DNA of 64,000 nucleotides from Cetobacterium sp. (lineage in GTDB: Bacteria > Fusobacteriota > Fusobacteriia > Fusobacteriales > Fusobacteriaceae), in the NCBI RefSeq assembly GCF_048470075.1, contig NZ_DBGBQB010000074.1, forward strand, positions 1,532-65,531, read 5' to 3'. Of this stretch, positions 29,104 through 39,512 are shown in pieces (positions within the stretch are counted from its first letter, which is position 1; every line of letters begins with the position of its first letter). The notes beneath the pieces are model-generated. The model was not told the DNA's origin and did not search any database. It saw nothing but the letters and a program-made list of their open reading frames with translations. The position numbers and the translations under genes were made by a program.

Positions 29104-30042
29104 TTACTTTAAATTTTCCTTGGCCCTTTCTAATAGTTCAATTAGCTCATCATAACTTTCTATCTGATTTATTGCTCCTTTTAAAGCGGCTCCATTTCTT
29201 ATTCCCTTTAAATACCAACACAGGTGTTTTCTAAGTTCAAATAAAAACTTTTTATTTGGATTGTCTAATTTTCCTTGTAGTGCATGTCTTATTGCCATAT
29301 CAAGTCTCATCTCTGGAGTTACCTGTGTCTGAACCTCTCCAGTTTCAAATCTCTCTTTTATCTGTTTTATTAGCCATGGGTTTCCACATATTCCCCTCGC
29401 TAGCATTATTCCATCAACACCTGAATGTTTAACTTTCTCATAGGCATCCTCTGCTGTAAATATATCTCCATTACCTATAACCTCTATATTTACGCTCTCT
29501 TTTACCTCTTTTATAAGATCCCAATTAGCAGTTCCACTGTACATTTGCTCCCTTGTTCTTCCATGTATTGTGATATGTTTACAACCTGCTTCCTCAGCTA
29601 TTTTACCAACTTTTTTATGCTGTTTCTCTCCCTTATATCCCACTCTTGTTTTTAAAGATAGATCCACATCCTCTGGTATAGCCTCTCTAATCTCACATAA
29701 AATTCTTTTAATATGGTCTGGATCTTCCAACAGTGCTGCACCATACCCATTTTTTATAATTTTATTAACAGGGCATCCTGCATTTACATCAATGTGTTTT
29801 ACTCCTAGCTTTTCAGTTATATACTTGGCACTGTAAACCATTTTTTCTACATCTTTACCAAAAATCTGAACAGCTTCACCATCTCTTATTCTTAAAATTT
29901 GATTTAATGTTTTTTCATTTTCCATCTCTAAAGCATTTATGCTAACCATCTCTGTGAACATAAGATCTGGTTTATATTCATCTAAAATTCCTCTAAATGT
30001 ATAATCTGTAACCCCAGCCAAAGGGGCAATATATATCTTCAT
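29104..30042 (-). CDS. tRNA-dihydrouridine synthase (DusB-like)
   Basis: 312 aa. Motifs are LAPLAGVTDYTFR, DVNAGCP, ITIHGRT and GNGDI. Confidence 0.88.
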   Translation of the reverse strand: MKIYIAPLAGVTDYTFRGILDEYKPDLMFTEMVSINALEMENEKTLNQILRIRDGEAVQIFGKDVEKMVYSAKYITEKLGVKHIDVNAGCPVNKIIKNGYGAALLEDPDHIKRILCEIREAIPEDVDLSLKTRVGYKGEKQHKKVGKIAEEAGCKHITIHGRTREQMYSGTANWDLIKEVKESVNIEVIGNGDIFTAEDAYEKVKHSGVDGIMLARGICGNPWLIKQIKERFETGEVQTQVTPEMRLDMAIRHALQGKLDNPNKKFLFELRKHLCWYLKGIRNGAALKGAINQIESYDELIELLERAKENLK

Positions 30043-30075
30043 TTTACCTCCAAAATAACAGTTTGTTATCCAAAA

Positions 30076-30104
30076 ATTTTACCATATTTTCAAGAGTTTT
30101 TCAA
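30076..30104 (-). promoter_or_regulatory. Promoter of the dus-mutS-lpt-alaS-secDF unit (TTGAAA-17-TAAAAT with TGn)
   Basis: On the minus strand the -35 TTGAAA is at 30104-30099 and the -10 TAAAAT at 30081-30076, preceded by TGG. The spacer is 17 nt. It lies about 34 nt upstream of the dus ATG. Confidence 0.55.
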
Positions 30105-30177
30105 TGTAAAATACCCCTACATTTCACTTAAGTTCCCCATATTTCTATACCATATCAATTATACCATGAAATTTAAA

Positions 30178-30198
30178 ATACCCCAAAACTTGGGGTAT
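30178..30198 (-). terminator. Intrinsic terminator of tsaD
   Basis: The hairpin is ATACCCCAA-AAC-TTGGGGTAT. On the minus-strand RNA it is followed by UUUUAAAUUU, and it starts 4 nt after the tsaD stop. Confidence 0.7.
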
Positions 30199-30201
30199 TT
30201 T

Positions 30202-31212
30202 TTAATCTTTCATTATGTCTAAAGTTGCTTTTCCATTCAATGTTAAATCTGCAAAAATTGGCTCTTTTCCATATTTTAACTTATAGTATGCAGCTTCTGC
30301 TATCATAGCTGCATTATCTGTACAGTAAGCCATAGATGGATAGTTTACTTTTATTCCTAATTTTTCTGATCTCTTAGTAAGTTCACTTCTCAGTAATGAA
30401 TTAGCAGCAACTCCACCTGCTATTATAATCTGTTTTACTTTTTTATCCTGAGCTGCTTTTAAAGTTTTTTTACACAGTATATCAACTACTCTCTCTTGGA
30501 ATGAAGCTGATAAGTCCTCTGGTTTAAACTCTTCGCCCTTCATTCTAGCCTTATTCACCGCATTTATAACCGACGTTTTAATTCCTGAGAAACTAAAATC
30601 ATAACCATCAACTTTAGGTTCAGGTATTTTTAAAGCATCTTTATCTCCTTTGTAGTATAGCTTATCCACTATAGGTCCACCTGGGTATCCTATTCCCATA
30701 ACTCTTGCTACCTTGTCATAACTTTCTCCAACGGCATCATCTAAAGTTGCTCCTAAATTTACAAAGTTATGATTCTCATCTATATGAACTATATTTGTAT
30801 GTCCTCCAGATACTACTAAAGCTATACATGGTAACTCTATATCATGATCTATAAAATTTCCATAGATATGTGCTTTTATATGATGTACAGGTATCAGTGG
30901 TATATCATGCCCATATGCTAAGCCTTTCGCAAAAGATATCCCTACCAATAGAGCTCCAATCAATCCCGGTGCATATGTTACCGCTATATAATCAACATCA
31001 TCCATTGTAATTTTTGCCTCTTCTAAACTCTCTTCCAATATTGTGGCTATATTTTTTATATGCTGCCTAGAAGCGATTTCAGGAACTACTCCTCCATACT
31101 CTTTATGTATATCTATTTGAGAAGAGATATTGTTAGATAAAACCTCTTTCCCATCTTTTAAAACAGCTATAGATGTTTCATCACAAGATGTTTCTATTCC
31201 TAATATTATCAT
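30202..31212 (-). CDS. tsaD: tRNA N6-adenosine threonylcarbamoyltransferase TsaD
   Basis: 336 aa. The product starts MIILGIETSCDETSIAV. Motifs are VSGGHT and ...AGGVAAN. Confidence 0.93.
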   Translation of the reverse strand: MIILGIETSCDETSIAVLKDGKEVLSNNISSQIDIHKEYGGVVPEIASRQHIKNIATILEESLEEAKITMDDVDYIAVTYAPGLIGALLVGISFAKGLAYGHDIPLIPVHHIKAHIYGNFIDHDIELPCIALVVSGGHTNIVHIDENHNFVNLGATLDDAVGESYDKVARVMGIGYPGGPIVDKLYYKGDKDALKIPEPKVDGYDFSFSGIKTSVINAVNKARMKGEEFKPEDLSASFQERVVDILCKKTLKAAQDKKVKQIIIAGGVAANSLLRSELTKRSEKLGIKVNYPSMAYCTDNAAMIAEAAYYKLKYGKEPIFADLTLNGKATLDIMKD

Positions 31213-31263
31213 TGGTATCTCCTTTTTTTATTTAATTATAACATATTTTTTATTAAAATATAT

Positions 31264-31299
31264 AAAAAACTACCCTAGAACTTTTTTGTTCTAAGGTAG
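31264..31299 (-). terminator. Intrinsic terminator of the pflB-pflA unit
   Basis: On the minus-strand RNA the stem is CUACCUUAGAAC-AAAAAA-GUUCUAGGGUAG, 12 bp with one G-U pair. It is followed by UUUUUU and begins 12 nt after the pflA stop. Confidence 0.8.
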
Positions 31300-31310
31300 T
31301 CAAAACTTTA

Positions 31311-32036
31311 CTATTTAACTGATAAACCTCTACTTTTAAATATATTTTTTGCATTTTCAAATCTCTCAGCTGAAAGCTGTTCAACACCTTTTAAAGGATA
31401 ATCCAGTCCTATTTTTTGCCATTTATACTCACCAAGAGAGTGATATGGTAAAACCTCTACTTTTTCAAGATTATCAAAATCTTTTAAATAGTCGGCTAGC
31501 TTCCCTAATAACTCATCATTATCAGTTATTCCTGGAACAACAACGTGTCTTACCCACATTGGTTTTCCAATCTCCTTTAAATATTTTGCAAATTGTAATG
31601 TTGGTTCTAATTCAACACCAGTTAACTCTTTATATTGTACAGGATCTATCGATTTTATATCCAGCAATACAAGATCTGCATACTCCAAAGCTTCCTTAAC
31701 TTTATCATTAAATAAGTACCCCGAAGTATCAATCGCTGTGTGTATACCATCTTGCTTACAAAGTCTTAATAGCTCCTTTACATATTCAGGTTGAGTTAAC
31801 GGATCACCACCAGTGACCGTTACTCCTCCTGTTTTTATAAAGTTTTTATATCTACAGATCTCTAAGAAAGTTTGTTCAGGAGTCTCCAAGAATTTTGCAT
31901 CCTCTTTTTTCCATGTATCACAATTATGACAGTATTTACATCTTAAAGGACATCCTTGAGTAAACACTACATATCTAATACCAGGTCCATCTACAGTTCC
32001 AAAACTCTCGTGTGAGTGAATAAATCCCTTTTTCAT
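31311..32036 (-). CDS. pflA: Pyruvate formate-lyase activating enzyme (radical SAM)
   Basis: 241 aa. It has GPGIRYVVFTQGCPLRCKYCHN (the CxxxCxxC motif) and GGVTVTGGDPL. Confidence 0.93.
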   Translation of the reverse strand: MKKGFIHSHESFGTVDGPGIRYVVFTQGCPLRCKYCHNCDTWKKEDAKFLETPEQTFLEICRYKNFIKTGGVTVTGGDPLTQPEYVKELLRLCKQDGIHTAIDTSGYLFNDKVKEALEYADLVLLDIKSIDPVQYKELTGVELEPTLQFAKYLKEIGKPMWVRHVVVPGITDNDELLGKLADYLKDFDNLEKVEVLPYHSLGEYKWQKIGLDYPLKGVEQLSAERFENAKNIFKSRGLSVK

Positions 32037-32072
32037 TTTCTTAGCACATCCTTTATTATTACTTTTTAGTTA

Positions 32073-34313
32073 TTACATATTTCCGTTAATTGTTCTTGAA
32101 ATAACGTCTAATTGTTGCTCTTTTGTTAATCTTACAAAGTTAACTGCATATCCAGATACTCTGATTGTTAATTGAGGATATTTCTCAGGATTTGCCATTG
32201 CATCCTCTAATAATGCTCTATCAAATACGTTAACGTTTAAGTGTTGTCCTCCATCAGTTGTGAAGTATCCATCCATTAATCCTACTAAGTTTGCAACTCT
32301 TTCCTCTCTAGTTTTTCCTAAAGCTCCTGGAGTGATAGCAAATGTGTAAGAAATTCCATCTTCTGCATGGTGGAATGGTAACTTAGCTACTGAAGCAAGT
32401 GCTGCTACAGCTCCTCTTGTATCTCTTCCGTTCATTGGGTTTGCACCTGGTGAGAATGGAGTTCCAGCTGGTCTTCCACAAGGAGTTGTTCCTGTTTTCT
32501 TTCCATAAACTACGTTTGAAGTTATTGTTAAGATTGATTGTGTAGCTTTTGAGTTTCTGTAAGTCTCATGAGTTCTGATGTAGTTCATGAATTTTTCCAT
32601 AATCTCTATTGCTAATTTATCTGTTTCATCGTTGTTATTTCCGAATGGTACATACTCTCCCTCTCTTACGAAGTCAACAGCGATTCCTCTCTCGTCTCTG
32701 ATTACTCTTACTTTTGCATCTCTAATAGCTGCTAATGAGTCAGCAACGATAGATAATCCAGCGATTCCTGATGCTTGAGTTCTTAAAACTTCTACATCGT
32801 GAAGAGCCATTTCAAACGCCTCATAAGAATATTTGTCATGCATGTAGTGGATAACTTTTAGAGCATTGATGTATACTCCTGCTAACCATTTTAACATTAA
32901 GTCATATTTTTGCATTACTTCATCAAAGTCTAAATACTCAGAAGTGATTCCTTCGAATTTAGGTGCAACTTGTGCTCCTGACTTCTCATCTCTTCCTCCG
33001 TTGATAGCATATAATAAAGCTTTTGGTAAGTTTACTCTAGCTCCGAAGAATTGCATTTGCTTTCCTATTTTCATTGGAGATACACAACATGCGATTCCGT
33101 AGTCGTCTCCTAACTCAGGTCTCATTAAATCATCATTCTCATATTGGATAGCTGATGTATCTATTGAAACTTTAGCACAGAAGTTTTTCCAGTTTGCTGG
33201 AGATTTTTGTGACCATAATACTGTTAAGTTTGGCTCTGGAGCTGGTCCTAAGTTATAAAGAGTATTTAAATATCTGAAAGCTGTTTTAGAAACTAAAGTT
33301 CTTCCATCTACTCCTTCTCCTCCTAAAGCTTCAGTTACCCAAGTTGGATCTCCTGAGAATAACTCATTGTACTCAGGTGTTCTTAAGAATCTGATTATTC
33401 TTAATTTTATGATAAATTGGTCGATTAAGTCTTGAGCTTCAGTCTCAGTGATTAATCCTTTTGCTAAATCTCTTTCAATAAAGATATCTAAGAATGTAGC
33501 AGTTCTTCCAACTGACATTGCTGCTCCATCTTGATCTTTTGTAGCTGCTAAGTATGCGAAGTATACCCATTGTACAGCTTCTTTAGCGTTTGTAGCTGGT
33601 TTAGTTACGTCAAATCCATAAGAAGCACACATTTTTACGAATGCTTTTAATGCGTTGATTTGCTCAGTAATCTCTTCTCTTTTTCTGATGATCTCTTCAG
33701 TTAACTCTGGAGCTTCAGCTTTCTTTAATTCGAATTTTCTCTCTTCGATTAATTTATCTACTCCGTATAGAGCTACTCTTCTGTAGTCTCCGATTATTCT
33801 TCCTCTTCCGTAAGCATCTGGTAATCCTGTTACGATTCCTGATTTTCTTACTGCTCTCATATCATCTGTATAAGCAGAGAAAACTCCTTCATTATGTGTT
33901 TTTCTATATCTTGTAAAGATCTCTTTAGTTATTGGATCTATTTCATATCCGTATGCATTTAAAGAGTTCTCAACCATTCTTAATCCACCTTTTGGATAGA
34001 TTCCTCTCTTTAATGGTGCATCTGTTTGAAGTCCTACGATTGACTCGTTTTCTTTTGAAATGTATCCAGGTCCATAAGTATCAATTGCTTGTGGGTATCT
34101 AGTTTCTGCATCATAAACACCTTTTGCAATCTCCTCTTTGAACATCTCTGTTAACTTTGACCAAACAGCTTTAGTATTTTCAGTAGCTCCAACTAAGAAT
34201 GACTCATCCCCAGTATATGGTGTGTAGTTGTTCTGAATGAAATCTCTAACGTTGATTTCTTTCTTCCATAAATTTCCTTTGAAATCTGACCAGTAAGATT
34301 GTAAGTTTTCCAT
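32073..34313 (-). CDS. pflB: Formate C-acetyltransferase (pyruvate formate-lyase)
   Basis: 746 aa. The active-site Cys-Cys is in GIACCVSP and the glycyl-radical motif is [11 protein letters not shown] near the C-terminus. Confidence 0.95.
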   Translation of the reverse strand: MENLQSYWSDFKGNLWKKEINVRDFIQNNYTPYTGDESFLVGATENTKAVWSKLTEMFKEEIAKGVYDAETRYPQAIDTYGPGYISKENESIVGLQTDAPLKRGIYPKGGLRMVENSLNAYGYEIDPITKEIFTRYRKTHNEGVFSAYTDDMRAVRKSGIVTGLPDAYGRGRIIGDYRRVALYGVDKLIEERKFELKKAEAPELTEEIIRKREEITEQINALKAFVKMCASYGFDVTKPATNAKEAVQWVYFAYLAATKDQDGAAMSVGRTATFLDIFIERDLAKGLITETEAQDLIDQFIIKLRIIRFLRTPEYNELFSGDPTWVTEALGGEGVDGRTLVSKTAFRYLNTLYNLGPAPEPNLTVLWSQKSPANWKNFCAKVSIDTSAIQYENDDLMRPELGDDYGIACCVSPMKIGKQMQFFGARVNLPKALLYAINGGRDEKSGAQVAPKFEGITSEYLDFDEVMQKYDLMLKWLAGVYINALKVIHYMHDKYSYEAFEMALHDVEVLRTQASGIAGLSIVADSLAAIRDAKVRVIRDERGIAVDFVREGEYVPFGNNNDETDKLAIEIMEKFMNYIRTHETYRNSKATQSILTITSNVVYGKKTGTTPCGRPAGTPFSPGANPMNGRDTRGAVAALASVAKLPFHHAEDGISYTFAITPGALGKTREERVANLVGLMDGYFTTDGGQHLNVNVFDRALLEDAMANPEKYPQLTIRVSGYAVNFVRLTKEQQLDVISRTINGNM

Positions 34314-34393
34314 CTTTTTCCTCCTGAGTGGATTATAAATTATATATATTCCATTTATATTTTTCGTTTAAGCCCTGTTAAGCTCAACTTAAT

Positions 34394-34422
34394 TTTCAAG
34401 GAGATTATAGCACAAATAATAA
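34394..34422 (-). promoter_or_regulatory. Perfect-consensus sigma70 promoter of pflB (TTGACA-17-TATAAT)
   Basis: On the minus strand the -35 TTGACA is at 34422-34417 and the -10 TATAAT at 34399-34394, with a 17-nt spacer counted by hand. The leader to the pflB ATG is about 75 nt. Confidence 0.7.
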
Positions 34423-34496
34423 TTAGTGTCAAACTTTTCCCAAGTTTTTAACGATTAATTTTATACTTTTTTAGTGGTTATTTTTTAATTTTTTCT

Positions 34497-35222
34497 TTAT
34501 ACTTTTTCGCGAGCTATCATTTCTCGAACACTTTCACTAAGGTTTTTGCTATTTTCCTGATTCATTTTTCTCAAATCTATCGGTTTTCCTACAGTTAATT
34601 TTACCTTTTGATTAGGCTTAATAAAAATATTTTTTCTATTTTGAACAAAAAAAGTTCCATCTATTGTCAATGGTAATATAATACCATTTGTCTCAGTAGC
34701 TAATTTGAAGCTTCCTTTTTTGAAATTACCTATCTCTCCATCCAGTGTTCTCTCTCCTTCAGGAAATATTACAGTTGGATATCCTTTCTTTACTATATCA
34801 ACCGCTTTTCTTATGCTTTTTATTCCCTCTCTTGGATTTGATCTATCTAAAAAGATACATTTACTTAATTTCATCCACATTGAGTAAAATGGCCAATTCT
34901 CCATCTCTTTTTTTGCAACAAAGCCCACAGGGATATCTAAAGCTGTAACTATAACTGGAATATCTAAGTTGCTCTCATGGTTTGATACCACAACTATCCC
35001 ATCTTCCAATCTCATCTTTCTATACTCAGCTTCATCTAAATAAACCACTTCTAACTCTATTTTGGCAGCTTTCACAATTCTTTCTGAAAGTTTTTTCAAC
35101 TCTTTTCTCGCTGCAAATGGAGCTTTATCATTGGCCATTTTTTTTATTCTTCTAGCTTTAAACAGAGTTATATAGCTAAAATTCAGTAGTGCCACCATTG
35201 TAACTTTAAGCAGTGTTAACAT
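34497..35222 (-). CDS. plsC: 1-acyl-sn-glycerol-3-phosphate acyltransferase
   Basis: 241 aa. The HX4D motif is VSNHESNLD, and FPEGERT is present. The ATG overlaps the recX stop (ATGTTAA). Confidence 0.85.
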   Translation of the reverse strand: MLTLLKVTMVALLNFSYITLFKARRIKKMANDKAPFAARKELKKLSERIVKAAKIELEVVYLDEAEYRKMRLEDGIVVVSNHESNLDIPVIVTALDIPVGFVAKKEMENWPFYSMWMKLSKCIFLDRSNPREGIKSIRKAVDIVKKGYPTVIFPEGERTLDGEIGNFKKGSFKLATETNGIILPLTIDGTFFVQNRKNIFIKPNQKVKLTVGKPIDLRKMNQENSKNLSESVREMIAREKV

Positions 35223-35797
35223 TCTTCCTCCCTTTTCTTTGTTATAATTTTTTTTATATCGCCATAGGAGAACCCCTTTCTCATAAGAGAAGCTATTTTT
35301 TTCTGCTCATCTCTATCTCCCAGTTTATCCCATGCCTTAGATAACTCCTCCAGTTCACTCTCTCCCTCATATGAATTTAATACTTCCTCTATTATCTCTG
35401 AGGATATCCCTTTTACTTTTAGCTCATACTCCACTTTTTTTCTTCCACATCTTTTACTTTTTACATAGGAAGTAGCGAACTCCCTATCATCTATATAACC
35501 CAACTCTTCCAATCTATATACAACTTTTAATACTGAAGATTTTTCCCTATATTTTTGAAGTAGTTTGTTGTATATCTCTTTTTTACTATAGTCTCTTTTG
35601 GCTAAATAATAATATGAAGTGGAGAGAGCAGCTAACTCTAACACTTGTAAGTATTCCTCATGAGATAGCTCCTCTCTCCTTTTTAAATCATATTTGTTTA
35701 TTATTTCATTATTTAGTCCTATACTTAACCCATTTTCAAAGAGAAACTTATTCTTCAATAGCTTCTTCAGCTTCAACCTCTTCTCCCTCTGATGCAT
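35216..35797 (-). CDS. recX: Recombination regulator RecX (start uncertain)
   Basis: It lies immediately after recA and has three-helix repeat-like segments ([11 protein letters not shown]..., REFATSYV..., [16 protein letters not shown]). The ATG at 35797 overlaps recA by 50 nt. In-frame TTG codons nearer the recA stop are alternative starts. Confidence 0.75.
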   Translation of the reverse strand: MHQREKRLKLKKLLKNKFLFENGLSIGLNNEIINKYDLKRREELSHEEYLQVLELAALSTSYYYLAKRDYSKKEIYNKLLQKYREKSSVLKVVYRLEELGYIDDREFATSYVKSKRCGRKKVEYELKVKGISSEIIEEVLNSYEGESELEELSKAWDKLGDRDEQKKIASLMRKGFSYGDIKKIITKKREEEC

Positions 35798-36818
35798 GAA
35801 GTACTATAGTATTTTTTTCTAAAAGTTGGTTTATTTTCTCTTCAATCGCTGCTAATAATTCTGGCTCAGTCTCTAATCTCGCTTTTACATTCTCTTTACC
35901 TTGACCTAATCTTATATCTCCAAAACTAAACCAAGCTCCTGATTTTGCAACTATATCATTGTCTAATGCCATATCTAAAATCTCTCCTACTCTAGAGATT
36001 CCTTTTCCATACATAATTTGGAATTTAGCTTCTTTAAATGGAGGCGCAACTTTATTTTTTGTAACCTTTACCACAGTTTCATTTCCAATAACGTCCTCTC
36101 CCTGTTTTACACTTCCAACTCTTTTAACTTCCATTCTCACTGAAGCATAGAATTTAAGTGCTTTTCCACCTGTTGTTGTAGTCTGAGGTCCAAAGCTAAA
36201 TCCACCAATTTTGTCTCTAACTTGATTTATAAAAATCATAGTTGTCTTTGATTTGTTTATAGATCCTGTTAATTTTCTTAAAGCTTTTGACATAAGTCTT
36301 GCTTGAAGTCCCATCTGCTGATCTGACATCTCTCCATCTATCTCTGCTTTTGGAACTAAGGCAGCCACAGAGTCAACAACTATAACATCAATAGCACCTG
36401 ATCTAACCAGCATATCTGCAATCTCTAAAGCTTGCTCTCCGAAATCTGGTTGAGAGATTAATAACTCCTCTACATCCACTCCTAAAGCCTTTGCATATAC
36501 TGGATCTAAAGCATGTTCAGCATCTATAAATGCCGCTACTCCTCCCATTTTTTGTGCCTGAGCTACTATATGTAAAGCTATTGTTGTTTTTCCTGAACTT
36601 TCAGCTCCATACACCTCTATAATTCTTCCTCTAGGAACTCCTCCTAAACCAAGAGCTAAATCTAAATTTATACTTCCTGTTGGAATAACTTCAATATTCA
36701 TACCTTGATTTTCACCAAGCTTCATTATTGAACCCTCTCCAAAATCTTTTCTTATCTGTTTTAACGCTGTTTCTAACGCTTTTGATTTGTCTGTTGTATC
36801 CACTGATTTTTTTGCCAT
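35748..36818 (-). CDS. recA: Recombinase RecA
   Basis: Motifs are Walker [20 protein letters not shown], and the L2 region. I prefer the ATG at 36818 because GGGAGG lies 9 nt upstream, inside the end of the preceding GT9 gene. The ORF-track TTG start at 36824 abuts the GT9 stop. Confidence 0.95.
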   Translation of the reverse strand: MAKKSVDTTDKSKALETALKQIRKDFGEGSIMKLGENQGMNIEVIPTGSINLDLALGLGGVPRGRIIEVYGAESSGKTTIALHIVAQAQKMGGVAAFIDAEHALDPVYAKALGVDVEELLISQPDFGEQALEIADMLVRSGAIDVIVVDSVAALVPKAEIDGEMSDQQMGLQARLMSKALRKLTGSINKSKTTMIFINQVRDKIGGFSFGPQTTTTGGKALKFYASVRMEVKRVGSVKQGEDVIGNETVVKVTKNKVAPPFKEAKFQIMYGKGISRVGEILDMALDNDIVAKSGAWFSFGDIRLGQGKENVKARLETEPELLAAIEEKINQLLEKNTIVLHASEGEEVEAEEAIEE

Positions 36819-36824
36819 ACTCAA

Positions 36825-37823
36825 TTACCTCCCATTTTTTTCTATAATTTCCATGACCATTTTTGCACTTAATTTTTTCATACAATTAAAATGTTTTTGT
36901 GGACATGCTTTATCACCATGTAAGCTACAAGGTGAACAAGGTTCATTTAAATAGATCAATACATTTTCTTTATCATACTCAAACATCTCTGGACTAGTAG
37001 GCCCAAATATAACAAAGGTTGGGCACTTTACTCCTCTCGCTATATGAAATGGTCCTGAATCATTTGTCACTAAGAATTTTGCTTTTGAGAGTAATGCTCC
37101 GCTCTCTTTTAAGGTTAGTTTCCCGGCTAAATTTACAGCTACATCTCCTGCAAGATTTTTAATCTGTTCACACATCTCGTACTCACTATTTGAACCTATT
37201 ATTATAGGTTTTTTCCCATATTTATTATAAAGGAGTTTTATTAATTCTGCAAACCCTTCTTTTGTCCATTTTTTAGTTTCCTTAGAAGCTCCGGGAGCTA
37301 TCATAGGCACGTTTTCATATTCTATACAAAGCGTATCTAATTTATCCATATCTTTTTTGTCAAAACTAAAAGTTAAATCCTCACCTATATATTCTAATCC
37401 TAAAACTTTAAATGCCCCAAAATAATTTTTTATTATTGTATCGTCAACTTTATACTTTATTGCTTTTGTTTTTACCAAAATACTTTTCAATAGACTTCTT
37501 TTCTTATATGTATAGGTTTTGACTCCAATTGCATTACTTATAACTTTTGATCTAACTTTAGCATGTAGATCAAATATATAGTCATAGTTATTTGTTTTTA
37601 GTCCTTTACCAAAGGCTATCATCTTCTTTAATCCATCATGTTTTTTCTTATTAAATAGGATTAAGTTGTCTATATATGGACACCCAGATATAGCGTCTTT
37701 AAAGTTTTCCATAACCAAAAAGTCTATAATAATATCTGGATACTTTCTTTTCAACTCTTTTAAAACTGGAGTAGTCAATATAACGTCTCCAATTGAACTA
37801 AGTCTTATTATTAAAACTCTCAA
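36825..37823 (-). CDS. Glycosyltransferase family 9 (LPS heptosyltransferase-like)
   Basis: 332 aa. The product starts MRVLIIRLSSIGDVILTTP. Motifs are APGASKETKKW and VTNDSGPFHIA. It has a C-terminal Cys-rich CSPCSLHGDKACP...HFNC. Confidence 0.8.
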   Translation of the reverse strand: MRVLIIRLSSIGDVILTTPVLKELKRKYPDIIIDFLVMENFKDAISGCPYIDNLILFNKKKHDGLKKMIAFGKGLKTNNYDYIFDLHAKVRSKVISNAIGVKTYTYKKRSLLKSILVKTKAIKYKVDDTIIKNYFGAFKVLGLEYIGEDLTFSFDKKDMDKLDTLCIEYENVPMIAPGASKETKKWTKEGFAELIKLLYNKYGKKPIIIGSNSEYEMCEQIKNLAGDVAVNLAGKLTLKESGALLSKAKFLVTNDSGPFHIARGVKCPTFVIFGPTSPEMFEYDKENVLIYLNEPCSPCSLHGDKACPQKHFNCMKKLSAKMVMEIIEKNGR

Positions 37824-37824
37824 T

Positions 37825-38496
37825 TTATCTATCCTTTCTTCGAATTGTTTTTTTCACTCTTCCAATCCAATGCAGGTAACTATTTAAACTTTTTGCTAAT
37901 TTATAACTTAAACTTTTTTTGTCATAGATGTCTATATCCTCATGACAACTTTCCTCTAAGTATATAAACTCATATGCTTCCCCTGCTTTTTTATATATAT
38001 TTCTCATTAGTTTTGCATCTATTAAATATATCTCATTATTTTTTACTATGAAATTATCCAGTTGAGAATCGCCGTGCAAATATCCTTTTTTATGAATCTC
38101 TCTCAGCTGTTTTCCCACCTTATCAAGATCTTTTTTTGTAGCTGATTTTCCATCTAAGTAAGAACTCACTAAAAAAGAGTCAACACTCATACCCATTGTT
38201 GTTCTTTCCCAATACATAATTGGAATAGGACCCTTAAATCCTAACTTTTGTATTCTCAAGTAGTTTTCATACTCTCTTTTACTCTCACTCCCTCTTACTA
38301 AAGAGGTAATTCTTTGCCAAACTCTCGTATTCTTCTCTTTAGGTATCTTATATACATACCTTTTATTATCTATCTCTATCAGTGTAACCTTACTTCTCTT
38401 ATCGTTCTTTAACTCTTTAATCACTTTAAACTCTAATCTTTTTATCTTATTTATTAGATTAAAATCTATGTCACTATTACATACTACTCTTTCCAT
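37825..38496 (-). CDS. Lipopolysaccharide kinase (Kdo/WaaP family, protein-kinase-like fold)
   Basis: 223 aa. The ATP-binding Lys context is YVYKIPKEK, the catalytic loop is LHGDSQLDNFIV, and the DFG-equivalent is YLIDAK. It lies between heptosyltransferase genes. Confidence 0.7.
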   Translation of the reverse strand: MERVVCNSDIDFNLINKIKRLEFKVIKELKNDKRSKVTLIEIDNKRYVYKIPKEKNTRVWQRITSLVRGSESKREYENYLRIQKLGFKGPIPIMYWERTTMGMSVDSFLVSSYLDGKSATKKDLDKVGKQLREIHKKGYLHGDSQLDNFIVKNNEIYLIDAKLMRNIYKKAGEAYEFIYLEESCHEDIDIYDKKSLSYKLAKSLNSYLHWIGRVKKTIRRKDR

Positions 38497-38498
38497 TA

Positions 38499-39509
38499 TT
38501 ACCTCTTTAGCTCTTGTAGGATCTCTCCATACAGCTGTTCAGGTTTTATCTCTAGCATGCACTTAAAATGTCCTTTTGGACATTTATCTCCACCATGAAT
38601 TGCACAAGGTCTACATGTTAAACCATTAACTTCAAGGACTTTACTATTTTCACTCCATGGAAAAAATCCAAACTCTTTTACTGTTGGACCAAAAATAGCT
38701 ATAATTTTGGTGTTTGCAAAAGCTGATGCTATATGAATTGGAGAAGAGTCATTTGTTAAGACTACTTTAACTCTTTTTAAAACCTCAGCCAATTCCAATA
38801 GAGTGGTTTTTCCTCTTAAATCTATAATATTTTTATGGTTTACAACATTTAGGAATAACTCATCCTTTCCACCTATAACAATCACTTTTATTCCATCTTT
38901 AACCAATAGTTCTATAACTTTATTAAAGTATTCCAGTGGCCATTTTTTGGTGAACCATTTGCTCCCTGGAGCTATAGCTATAACTTTCTCAGAGCTTAAA
39001 CTATTGTCTTCCCAAATTTTATCAACTGCCTCTTTCTCTTTTTTACTTGGATATAGTTCTATTGGATAGTTTTCTCTAGGGTTTTTAGGTACATCTCCCA
39101 AGAATGACAAAAGTTTTTCTACCTCATGTTTAGTCTTATCATACTTGATTTTATCTGTAAATAATAAAGCTCCACTTGCAATATCATAACCTATTCTCTT
39201 AGGAGATCTTGTTAACCATGATAAAATAGAACTACGTAGATATCTATGTGGAGTAAGAACCATATTGAAATTTTCATATCTCAATCTTCTACCTAAAGCC
39301 AAAAGTCCCTTGATTCCAGAGTGATTTCCTCTTTTATCATACTCTATTATCTCAGTGATATGTGGATTATTCCTTAAAATAGTAGCTCCCACAGGAGTGG
39401 TTACATATGTGATTTTAGCTTCAGGATACATCTCTTTTACTCTTTTTAATAGTGGTGTTGATAAAACTATATCCCCTATAAACGCTGTATGTATAATTAA
39501 TATTTTCAC
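38499..39509 (-). CDS. Glycosyltransferase family 9 (LPS heptosyltransferase, WaaF/WaaC-like)
   Basis: 336 aa. The product starts MKILIIHTAFIGDIVLSTP. Motifs are APGSKWFTKKW and LTNDSSPIHIA. It has a C-terminal CRPCAIHGGDKCP.GHFKC. Confidence 0.8.
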   Translation of the reverse strand: MKILIIHTAFIGDIVLSTPLLKRVKEMYPEAKITYVTTPVGATILRNNPHITEIIEYDKRGNHSGIKGLLALGRRLRYENFNMVLTPHRYLRSSILSWLTRSPKRIGYDIASGALLFTDKIKYDKTKHEVEKLLSFLGDVPKNPRENYPIELYPSKKEKEAVDKIWEDNSLSSEKVIAIAPGSKWFTKKWPLEYFNKVIELLVKDGIKVIVIGGKDELFLNVVNHKNIIDLRGKTTLLELAEVLKRVKVVLTNDSSPIHIASAFANTKIIAIFGPTVKEFGFFPWSENSKVLEVNGLTCRPCAIHGGDKCPKGHFKCMLEIKPEQLYGEILQELKR

Positions 39510-39512
39510 TGT

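Noticed and set aside
31278-31291. GAAC-N6-GTTC, which resembles a Gram-positive LexA (Cheo) box.
   Set aside because: The spacing is N6, not N4. The motif is simply the top of the pflA terminator hairpin, and it lies downstream of a gene rather than in a promoter.
34423-34496. A possible FNR/CRP-type palindrome or plsC terminator upstream of the pflB promoter.
   Set aside because: I found only weak AT-rich partial inverted repeats (AAAACTT/AAGTTTT). There is no TTGAT-N4-ATCAA-like site and no GC-containing stem.
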